A stretch of 64,000 nucleotides of DNA from Trichoplax sp. H2 (lineage: Eukaryota), in assembly GCA_003344405.1 (NCBI GenBank), contig NOWV01000117.1:1-64000 (forward strand), in the 5' to 3' direction. The translations under genes were made by a program, and so were the position numbers. The notes beneath the pieces are model-generated. The model made no database searches. It was not told the origin of the DNA and saw nothing but the letters and a program-made list of their open reading frames with translations. Within the stretch, counting starts at the first letter, position 1. The number at the start of each line of letters is the position of its first letter. Positions 52,371-64,000 of the stretch are shown one piece after another.

Positions 52371-55249
52371 GCTAAAAGATGAAGCAGTAATCGATTATAG
52401 CTTACTATTATAATTACAAGTAAATGAAATGTTATAGTCAACGGGTAAATCAGAAGATTTACTGTCATTGATCGGATCATGTTATAATTAGTTGAAGTTG
52501 TTGACTTTTTTCTCGTTTATTCATGCGATTCTACTCTCGAAAAATGGTACAGCAAGCAATTACATCTTGTCTCACATTGCTAACTGTTTTAAATGCTATA
52601 AATGGGGGAAAGAGGGCGACTGATTTAATACTTTCGACTTTATCGAGTACGCTAGAAGAAGTTCAAGTTGGACGTAGTTTAACATTGGGCATCCCCTATT
52701 GAATTTCATGGAAATAAATTAGTTTAAAGATAAGATGGTGTAAAGATAGACTATGCTAGGCATTGGGATCAGTGTTGAAAAGAAAATGTTGGCGTTGGAA
52801 CCGAATAATACTTTGGTCTACAGAGATTTCGGTCTACATATTTTGATAAACGGGAGACAAGGTGGCCTAGATGACGAGCTTTAGTTTAATTATAGGACGA
52901 AGTTAGACAGTTTTAAAGTCAAAAAAGGAATAGCTAAGTGATGACAAAAATTTCTCGACCTTTTCAGATGCCAATAGCGATCAATGATTAATTTTCTTTA
53001 TTCTAATTACGCTTCTAGTTCGATTCTATCTTCATCATCAATCTATACTAATGGAATGATTCCCATTGATAGGAGTGAGTTGTTGTGGACAGACATTAAA
53101 TTTACGAGGAGGAGCACACTAGTATGCTATTAAGCTTGAACATAATCCAAAATTATATTATAAAAGTAGACCATCCTTATGCGTCACAAATTGAGTAATG
53201 TAAGGATAGAAATACTCATAGAGTGTATATATATATATATACGTATGTCTTCCAAGTTACTATCGTGATACTTTCACATTAAAAAACTAAATTAGAATTC
53301 AATCGAATATCGATAACCTAGCTATCTCAGAACCTTCTGCCTCACAAATGGGCAAAAGTAAGGAGAGAAAGATAGAGTATATATTTTCCATATCGCTCTA
53401 GATGTTCTTTTATATTTAAAAACTAAATCAATATCCAATGTCTGGGCTGATTAATATCCAACCATTCAAGTTAAATGAATAGATGGTCAATATTTCCAAG
53501 CCGTTTCAAGCAGCTGTAGCGCGAATATCGATACTTCAAGTATCCAGAACAATTAAGACTTGTACTACAACATCTTGAACACTTAATGGTAGAATCCAAA
53601 GTGAGAAATGACCATTTTATAAAATGTGAATAGAGTAACATCATTGAGTAGAATTATTCAATGATTGCAATGTAATAAGGTTTCACTTTTTACAAGTAAT
53701 TACTCAAAATTCCGTAGTAAATACAATAAGTAGTTGTGATCTAAATATGAGATAAACGCACGTTTAAGTGAAAAAAAGATAAAAAAAGATTGCCAGCTTA
53801 TTCTATTACAATACGTATAAATCTTGTTAGTTGCGAGTTTCTATTATAATTAGTGATAGAAGATTGTTACAATTTAACTGAATAGGCTAGTTGGTCTAGC
53901 AGTCTGTAAAAAAATTGTCGAAATGTGAAAGATTTTACCTTCGTATCCGTCTCATGTTTGCTTTGTATAATGACCTAGGAGGTGATTTTTTTTTATTTTG
54001 TATCGCTGTTGTTGTCTTTGTCCACTTCCAATTTAACTAAAATAGTATTAACGTCTCTTCCTTGCTAATGGATTACTTTAGACTAACGTTTTTTAATATC
54101 CTTTTAACATACTATTGAAGATGAGTGCGATTACCACGTTATAAAATAACCAGGATAGATAATATAGTATCTTGAATGTTGTTTGATCAAGATTTAATCC
54201 TTGTTAACTTTATTAAAATAGGCAACACATCAGTCGATGTGCGATAGAATACAGCGGTCAATAAGTGAAATTCGATGTTAGGGAAAATAGTCGTTAGATC
54301 AAAAGCAATACTATCATTCAAAAGAATCTATCCAAGTTTTCATTGTATTGTTGTTGTTATGGATCTTCTGCACTAACAAGAGGTTCAAGTATTAATCAAA
54401 GTAAGCTAACAGAAAATAAATTCTTTTCTTTGAATCAATTTTCAATTTGCTCTTATTATTTGGCAGTAATCATTAAAAAGGATTTATTATTCTATCTTAA
54501 TTGATTCATTGAATTAGATCAACTTTTAATGGTGATTGACAACTATTTTTGCCCACCCATTTTCATTCTTTATTAATTTATTAAAGAAATACTTGGAGTT
54601 CTTCTACCTGACAGTAATTGAATGTCGCAATATTCTCTGTATGTAGACAATAAATTATTAACTTGAATATTCATTTGAAATATAACCTGATCCAAGTACG
54701 CTGGAAGTTTTTACTTTATTACGGATAGTAAAATGGTCTAAATCGTGAAATAAATTAAACCATATTGAGAATTCCGTGATATAAATTAATTTCATGAGTT
54801 ATCTTCTTTTTCTGTTGGTAGAATCATTACCAAGAGCTTACTCCTTTATCTAATTTTAGCTACTTTTACAATGAGACAAAGGCGTACATGGTATTTGTCT
54901 ATGGTATAAATTGGTGGAAATACCCGTAGGTTGATTTCTACATAAGTTATGAAAATAAATGGGCGATAAGCTATAGTAATTCTATTGCTTTCTTTCACTT
55001 CTCAAATGGATGAAAGAGTTATAACTTGGCTTCCATTTGATTGTAGTATAGCGTAAAGTTACCATGACTTTTCGCCTGCCCCACAAATCTGAGATAGTGT
55101 TTGATTCTCTACATGATTCATGAAATAGGTTAAAATAGAAGATGACTGATTGCAAATCGATTGCTAGCCTTCATTTTCAATCGAATGAAACAATTATAAA
55201 TAGACTACGGCTGATTGTAAAAATGACGTAAGTACAGCTGGTATATTTG

Positions 55250-55655
55250 GCCTACTATCTAGTTGGTAATTCTAGAACTGATTTTTATTTATAAATTATG
55301 AAATAAATGAATGCTGAAGACGATGATCATTCTATTCACAGCTAGTCTACGACTTGTTCCCATTCAGTAAATTGATTAGGCTGATTTTATAAATAATCCA
55401 AGTGATGGAATGAATTAATTAAAGTTGAAGGCAACTATAGATAATTCTGTTGGTGTCCATCCTTTACTAACTGATTAACTCTTTGATTATAAAATGATGC
55501 AAGTCATATAACTATTACTTAGCTTGCTATCTATCCAGTAAATCTGTGAAGCTGACTTTATTCATAAACCGTGAAATAATTTAAAGCTGAAGACGATGAA
55601 TGAATATTCCATTGAGATACAACTACTATGTAGCTTATTCTCTATCCTGTAAATC
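55250..55655. repeat. Degenerate local repeat
   Basis: tgaaataa..gctgaagacgatga near 55300 and 55572. ctgatttta/ctgacttta units in between. Confidence 0.6.
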
Positions 55656-56254
55656 TCAATTGTAGCAAACTTCAATATCAATTTCATACTTCAGTAAATA
55701 AATATATAAATAACTTCCTATTTCATTTAGGACGAAAAACAAAGCTAATATTCATCTATTCATTAATTCTATGATACTTTTCAATACTCAAATGTAGATT
55801 AATCACAAAATAAGGTTGAAGATGAATCGGCGTGATTTCATTGCTCTCTCAGTATCTTTCAATAAGATTGAACATTCCAATTAAGCTTCTATCTTATTTT
55901 AGAATAACTCATACAGTTGGTTGATATAAATATTTACCACTAGACCTACGTAATATTTTAGTACCTAGTCCGTGGCATAAATTTGTTCATTTTATCCAGT
56001 CTAGCACAATGTCTGCAAGCGTGATAATGATTCCATTTACATCATAAAGAAATTATCGTTTATTCTACTCGAAATTATATATAATCACAGAGCTTTCAGT
56101 ACTTTCGTAGAGGTAGGTATTATGACATAGTCTTTGATAGTTGATAAGTAAATAAAAAGCAGTCATACTCTAACTACCTGCACTTATCACTGTCTACTCA
56201 TATGATGTAATTTATGCGCAGGAAAGCAGATATAATATAGTAATCTCGTTTCTA

Positions 56255-56430
56255 AGTTAAGTTCAATATTAAAATTTCTCCAAAGCTCTATTGAATTAAA
56301 TAATTAAAAAATGGTTTGCTTCGTATGCAATATTGCAGTTTGCCAATTCAGTTCAATATTAGAATTTGCTCAAAAGTTCTAACAAATTTAATAATTTAAA
56401 AATAACTTATTTTGCAGGTAATATTACACT
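56255..56430. repeat. 2-copy ~91-bp tandem repeat
   Basis: agttcaatatta(a/g)aattt..tc.aaag(c/t)tcta near 56260 and 56351. Confidence 0.75.
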
Positions 56431-57239
56431 TTGTTAAAATATAAGCAAGACTGAAATGAATGGATAATTCGATGCTAGAGTTAGGAATTCCGCATTTTCC
56501 TTCATTAGCATACCTAAAGTTAAGTTAGAGCTAGGCCAATATTAAATACCGTAACTAATTCAAGTCTATTCCTCTACTTTGATGAATACAATTATATTTA
56601 AAACAGATTTATCTCCATATGTATATATTAATTACCATTAGCTGACTACTTTATCTTACAGTTAATTTAGGTGAAAGCGGCTGTCAATACTGTAGTTAAG
56701 TTTTTTGAACTATTTCACAAGTAATGCTCACAAGTATATAGTACTTTGTTCAAATATACCTTCACTTCCATATATCGACTAGTTAACTGGCTTATCCAAG
56801 ATAGTGTAAGCGATTCAGTTATAAATACCAAGTTAATATAGGGTTTGTTGAATTGTTCGAATGAGTTTAATTATCTTCCCTACAAGAATACCTTCACTAC
56901 TACTCAGCAGCTAACTTCTTTCCTTTCGTAAGTTAACGTAAGTTAGCCCAACTTTATGCTCTGTAGGTAGTTCAATAAAATTTAAACTTCTTTGATAGAT
57001 ATAACTACATTTCAGATAAGTGCATATTTACCTTCACTTATCAGTTAGCTAACATAAAGTTAATTTAAGTTAAGCCAGCTGGTAACTAGTATTTGACATA
57101 TTCGTCGCTAAATAACTTTTTATAGACCATTTCTTTGTAAATATAATTATTCGATATCATTAAGCTCTATAGTCTCCGCCCAAATTCAAAATAGTAACTT
57201 ATAATTCTCATCATAGAAGACTCCATCCTTGGTTATGGC

Positions 57240-57430
57240 TTAGGAAAGCGAGCTTCCGCATTTTCACTGAGTCAAAGATTGTTATGGTTATTGCAATTAT
57301 TTCTTGTACGAATAGCGAAAAAGATACTCTATTCTTGGCTATATCTTGAGATAGCGAGCTGCTATATGTTACTGAATCAAAGATTGTTGTGGTTATTCCA
57401 ATTATTTCTAGTATAAATGGCGGAAGAGAT
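57240..57430. repeat. 2-copy 105-bp tandem repeat
   Basis: agcgagct..actga(g/a)tcaaagattgtt(a/g)tggttatt(g/c)caattatttct near 57248 and 57353. Confidence 0.85.
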
Positions 57431-60400
57431 GAAGCCCTACACATACTACTTGATTAATGAGCCAATTTCTCCTTGTTAAAATATCTTATAAGGACAAAAG
57501 ATATACAGCACAACTAAATTTATGTTGAATAATGTTGTAGATGGTTGTTGTGAGCTATTCTAAGTGCGTTTCTATTTAATTAATACGATTCCAATCGATC
57601 ATAAGTCACCCATTGAAAGCAGTCAGGTAATAGCTGCGCCAGTAAGGTATTGATGTTAATATTTATTTTATAAAAATAGAGATATGGCTTAAAATCTATA
57701 AGAATAATTTTGAAAAGTATATTGGCAGAAGTTGAAAGGTGCTCATGTTTACTACGTCAGTCTTTTTATCATTTCTGTAGTATCAATTTTGCCATCTAAT
57801 TTCATCATCAAATCATGTAATATTGAAAAGTCATGAATTATTTTTCTATACGTTACAATTATAGGTCTATCGAATAAATAAAGTCATTTTATGCAATTTA
57901 GGAATCAATAAATTATATTGCATTATTTTTTAAACATTGATCTAGAATTGACACTGCGGAATATTCCGGAAAAAAGAAACACTGTTAAACTATTACATTA
58001 TAATGTAACCAAAATGTTTAGAAGAATATCATGACTCATTATATTTTCATTCCAGAACTAATTATTTGATATTAGCAATTCTAGAATCATTCTCTATATT
58101 TTGGATTATAATCTATCGAATCGTACAAAGTCTATACATGTAACTTTAAGGATCAGTTAATCACGTATCAGCATTTCCGAATATCTACCTAAATGCTATC
58201 TTGTGTAGTATTTCTCTGGTACCGGTATTTTATTGAAAGATTTAGAAAAATATGAAGCTTAAAATTTATAATTTATGTAAAAGTATTATAGCTCATTGAC
58301 CTTTCTATTAAATGTTTGCTTATCAATTTGCTAGCAGAAAAGAGCGATCGTGAGGTAGTACAAATGCCTATTGGAGATTACTTTAAACAATATACTGTAC
58401 GATTTAAGTTCTGTACTCGTTCGAACAATTATGGAGAAATCTTTTACAGTGATAAGACATATAAGATATCTCATATGTCGTATTTGCGACAATTTCTAGT
58501 AGTAGCAATTGATGACGTTTTGAGGTGTCAGCGAAATGGAAAGCTACCTTATAAATTTGAGATTAACAAACGAGTATATCAGTAATTTTCAAGTGTCTTA
58601 GCAGAACGTGATAAAGTAAAGGTATTGCAAAGAGCACATAAAGAAAACCCGTGGTATTCTAATATCGTTATAGATTGTCATTGCTTAGTTAAAAATCGGA
58701 AAGGAAAGTTTATCATTCGTAATTAATGAATACGATGTAAGTGTATAGAGATGAAAGGATACAAATTGAAACGACGATACTGAAGAAAGAAGATATGATT
58801 TTTGTCTATTTTCCTTCAATTGATACCTAATTAAATAATTCTGTTGATAATTGATGTTATAGCTTGGAAATTGAGTGTAAACTACACGGATTTAAATAAT
58901 AGCAAACAGTAAAACAGGGTAAAAGAGCAGTCTTATCAAAGTTAATGTCAGGAGAGCCCACTAATCAATAGCTTCACATATGGTTGTGTAACCTTTTCTC
59001 AAAACTTTGTAATCACGATTTGAAAGGGCTTAAATTTATCTCTACTACTCTGCCATCTTCTCTTACCTTTCTAGTCAAGATAGATTTGAAAGCTGTTTTG
59101 TTCAATATCAATATCTAAAGAAAAAAATCAAATATTATCGTGATGATCTTTGCGATATAATAGGTGCTCATAAACGAAGTCTCCTTCAAGTTACGATTAG
59201 TAATTTCTAGTAAAATATTGTCGTTGTTAAAATTTGTTTTCTTCCGTGTATAAATTCTATTCTGTATGGTCATATTGGTCAGCTTTTATTTTAGAATTAC
59301 CCATTATGGCAATGATTGAAGTTTATTTTAATTAATAGTTCCGCTACCGATATTACTTGTCAAGTAAAAGCCTCGAATAATTATTTACACTTCCTATCAT
59401 ATTTTCCTGAATTACATTTTAAATGATGAAATTACTGTGAACTCTTACTAAGAAGTAGCTATCTATCAGTAGAACAGTTTCTCTCTTAAGATTTTTCTAA
59501 TTCTAGATTTCAATAAAAGGAGAGATAGTAATCAACTTCTGCACTCTTGAACAGAAGTAACTATAAGTAAGCGATAAGGTTCCTAAGGATCATGACATCA
59601 ATGATAGACATCCGAAATGACGAATTGAAATATCTTGGCGATAGACGTTACACAAACTGGTCTATCAGTTCAGTATCATGTAACTCTAGTACAATGGCTA
59701 ATTTTCAGTTGGTCATTAGAATCAAGCAGATTGAACTATCGAAGAATTGGTTTAATCTACGCGATTAGCCGATTACCTTACTTTCACTCATTCATACCAA
59801 GTTTACAGTCATTAGCCTAAGACAAACAACTGTGCATGACTAAAACTCGAACATCGACAGTATAATATAAAGCTAGATTCACAGCTTTAATTCAATATCA
59901 TCATAAAATCGAATTACGTGTAGCGCGTTATATACGTTAGTTTTAGTGATTATTTCATTATGATTCAACTATTTTACTGAAGAGTGGAATCCATGTTTTA
60001 CACTCAAGATCTATGATGAAATTCACCTCTAGCTTATGCTTAAGTAACATTACACTTGTACGCTAAATACTTGAAACTATCTCATTGTGATATAAACTAC
60101 CAAGAAATAGAATTCATTAAAGGAAAAAATATCAAGAATTACGCATTCACGATAATAGTATAGTTGAATTTTAATGTTGGTTTTCAAGGAGGACTTAAAA
60201 GAATCTAAGTTAAGGACGAGTTAGAATAAAAAAATTATTATTTTGACTATCCTGGCACTTACTGTAGGTATTGTATTTATTATATTGACTCTCAATAATC
60301 AACTATGAGTTATTGAATTTCTATATAAAGTTAGGAGTCGGATTTGTTTGATGTTCGTTTCCCCATGCACAATTTATGATTCCTAGCATGGCTGGAGGAT

Positions 60401-62744
60401 AGCCATCATGACTAACTTAGCAGTACTAGTACTTGATTTTATGCAAAGATGAATCGATTAAAATACTAAAGCCAATGAAATTGTGAATATGTAAATGCTT
60501 TAACTGAAGGAAAGATAGCTACTTGCAATGAAGCTAAGGTAGATAGTTATACATAGCGGGTAAAAGAAAAAGAGAGCGGTTCAAACCTTAAATGCAAAAT
60601 TAGAATCAATTAAATTGTTACTATTAGCCATTGACCTGGAACAAATCTCGGTCACAAGACAAATATAGATGTCTTTACTTTTAAATTGACATGCATGGAT
60701 AGTGCAAGGATTCCTTGATATGCATTTTTATGTGTTTTTAGGGAAACCAGACCTGGGATAAGTTACAACTATGCAAATCAAGTAGGGTTCGCATTTGACC
60801 GTGACTCACTTTATATAAATGCGTCATGCTATGCTTTAGTTATTCATCGTCATTATATGTAGTGCATTTGATTTCTTTTGTAATTACATAAGCTAATACA
60901 CTATGATATAAATTAGAGATATTAAGGATTTTCGCCCACAAGTTAAGACAGTAATAAGAGCTATATTTATAGATAGTAATTACCCCTAAATTTGTTGTAC
61001 CGTTAGTTCATGTTTCAAGTTGATACCGATTGATTTATTTAATTTGATCAGAATACGTATCATTTAGTCATTCTACACGTTAGACTAACGAGGTAATGCG
61101 ATATCAGAAAATAGATTAAAATGTTCTATTAACAAAAAATACATTTGGGCATGATTTATAAAAAGAAACAGCGTGAACATAAGAAATTATCTCTATTTTA
61201 TTGTACCGACACAATTATGAACATGGTGTTATAGTTCACTTTTTAGATAGTGTTTTTATTACCTTAACAGTTCTTGTCTTGAATGAAGGCGAACAATTCG
61301 ATTGGTTTGAGTTGTTATTGATGATTCGAGATGAGATAGATCAGACTTGTAACTGGAATACTAGGTTGAAAGGTTACTCGATGTCTTAGCGCGATGAGTA
61401 TTGATTCATAAATTATACTTACTTTCTGCGATAGTATATGGATCAAATAAGTAACGCATGATTTCTCATCAAGTCGCTTATGATTACGAATGTTGATTGC
61501 TCAGACTTAGTGACTAATAGGAATGAACGATTGAAAACAAGTTCAATATGTAAATTGCACGTCAAAAAAGGATTGAATGCGTATAAATGCAATTAGACAG
61601 ATCGGGCTGTCAATCAAATTAATCAATTTTCAATAATAAGGAAAGATACATTCGTTGCGTCCTTTATTTGCACACAAATTAAGGTGAATAACAGATGTTT
61701 TAATTTTTCCATCTGTTTCTATTTTAACTCGACGGCATCATATTTAATTGAATCAAGTTTTCCTAAAGTATAATTAGCATTATGATTGAGACGTGGGAAT
61801 ATTTGCCTAAATATCAATTTCCATTGAAATAAGATCTAAGTTGAAGAGCTAAGTAGAGTGTTTCTATATAAAGTTAGATTCAAATCAACTGATGATCGCT
61901 GCTATTTTTATACATTTATTGGATCAATAAGAGGTCAGGATAATTTGATGTCATGTAAACTTATGGCTGGCTTATAGTACTGTAAAGGGAGAATCATTCT
62001 AGTAAAAATACCAATCAAATTGCCTTATTTATAAAATATCGATATACCTGTATAGTTTAAAATGATTCCGTAAACTTTGTTTGTGAAACTTGCAAGTTAA
62101 TACTATTTAGCCTAGGGCAACAACTTTTTTTGCGTGCTAGTGTTACTTTATCCGTACTCATACCATTTCATTACAATTCCTTTTAAACTTGAATATAGCT
62201 ATAAAATTCTCTTTTCTGTTCTAGTCGGCCAATTAATACCCATAGCTAAGATGTTGTTTATAGAAGCACTTTAGTGGATGAATACGTATTCTTGTGATGG
62301 ACTCATCGATATCAGCAGTCTACAGTAGAGCTAGTAAAGAAATTTATTCATCTAGATGTATTTAATTAATTTTTAGATAGTAAATTATTCTTTTATTTTT
62401 GTTATATGCGTATTCCTCACTCGATCTATTTAATTACAGTAGTCTTTCGATAGTAAATTATTATTTTTTATTTTTATATTATCTACAAGCAAGCAATGGC
62501 CATCATCTCTAGCGGCAGATCATCAATCTGATATAGTTAATATAGTGGCTATTTATTTGATTCTATCAAGTCTATTATGACATGGTTAGTCAGTCAGGAA
62601 TAATAGAATCTACTTAAAAGTTCTTCATCGTAACAATGATATTGAGGATTTCTTTTACCCGTCGTTACTAAAGGTATGAGGATGATTAGCAAATAAAAAT
62701 AGATGAAGACAATGGCTAAGGTTACTGATGGTTTGAATGATATC

Positions 62745-63560
62745 GAGAGAGCAAATTATGGTGTTGAACTAAATGTTTCAGTTAATCACTGGACGTTGAT
62801 GATGAAACAGTCTAGCTATTGACATACCAAAGGGAGATAGTATTTTAGTTAGAAATGAATAATGCTATTAAAGAAAAGTGTAGTATTTTACCAAATCTAT
62901 GATTCTAAATAATAATATGGAGGGAGCAAATGGTGGTATTAACCTTAAGCTGAAATATCCAGTGTATCACTGGATATTGATGATCATTGAACGATATTGC
63001 TATTGATATATTAAAGAGAGATAACTTTTACAGCGTAACGAATGATTTTTTTTCAAGTATAGCATATTACTAAGCCTGTGATTTTAAATCATAGAGAGGA
63101 AGCAAATATCGGTGTTGAACTGAAATATCCAGTGAATCAATGGAATTTTATAATGAAGTGATGTCGCTGTTGATATAAGCGTATTTAAGGGAGATAATTG
63201 TTAGGAGAAATAAATGACTTTTTCAAAGTAAATATAGAGCATTGCCAAGCCTGTAATTTAAAATAATATAGGTGGAGCAAATGGTGATACTTAACTGAAG
63301 TCTCTATTGAATTACTGATAGATTACAAGTGAGATCATTCTAAAGGGAAAGTTAATGATACTTTCAAAGTGAAATAATTTGTGTTAGGCTATTGATTTTA
63401 AATGATATACGTGTAGAAGGAGCAAACGTTGGTATTAAACTGAAGGTTAAAAGCTAAGCTCGAACATTTTGGATGACACTTTTGCCTTATTAAAGGGAGA
63501 GTTGTAAGAGAAAAATGGAATGATTCTTTCAAAATAAAGCATATTACTAAGCCTAGCCAT
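62745..63560. repeat. Degenerate ~170-bp tandem repeat, about 5 copies
   Basis: gagcaaa(t/c)..ggt(g/a)tt(g/a)aactgaa near 62749, 62924, 63100, 63275 and 63420. Shared aagggagata and ttactaagcct. Confidence 0.8.
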
Positions 63561-64000
63561 CGTATTAACTTTGTTTTAATGCATTATATCGCTTCCTGTA
63601 AACCTTACGTACTCTTTGCTACTATCGTACTGGTGTATTGTTTTTATTTTCGATTAAAAGCAAATTGAATAGATATTGGCTGTTTTAAAGCGTTTACTTC
63701 CGGTCGTGCTGTCATGTCCTTACCGTGCTCTATTTTAGCACAGAGCTGTTTATCAGTGTAGTCATGCTTACGAAAGTTGTTGGTATTACTGATATTCTTA
63801 AAAGTAGATTTAGTAGTCGATATTCATTTACTCGAAACATGTTGACAACAACCTAATGTTTTAATGAATCAAGATTTGGTATTACTGATATTCTTAAGTG
63901 ATATTCCGAGTACTATCATTAAGCAGAAATCTTTGCAAAAAGTAAGCGATTTCTTACCTTTAAAAGCTTGTAAAAGACTAATGGATAGTGCTAGAACTAC

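Noticed and set aside
57211-57444. 77-aa ORF with repeated EIIxITxTIFDSV
   Set aside because: Translation of the 105-bp tandem duplication.
58316-58585. 89-aa ORF in the desert
   Set aside because: No recognisable homology or supporting exon chain.

Overview
Eukaryotic, AT-rich genomic DNA with many short (mostly ~70-110 nt) GT-AG introns. Gene content and architecture suggest an early-branching animal, most likely a placozoan such as Trichoplax (inference). The first ~45 kb is gene-dense: voltage-gated Ca2+ channel beta subunit (+), ESF1 (+), OGG1 (-), two intronless RDH8/17-beta-HSD1-like SDRs (+) interleaved with two cereblon (CRBN) paralogs (one -, one +), a BTB-BACK-TLDc gene (-) and a KRAP/SSFA2/TESPA1-like IP3R-binding-domain gene (-). 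The last ~18 kb has no recognisable CDS and holds several degenerate tandem repeats of 60-250 bp period. The best lead is the duplicated SDR+CRBN cassette. One CRBN looks canonical. The other keeps the tri-tryptophan cage and Zn cysteines but has replaced the polar pocket residues (N351/P352/H357/H378/H397 equivalents), suggesting a CRL4 receptor with a different ligand or degron. Exon boundaries were read by eye and are approximate.
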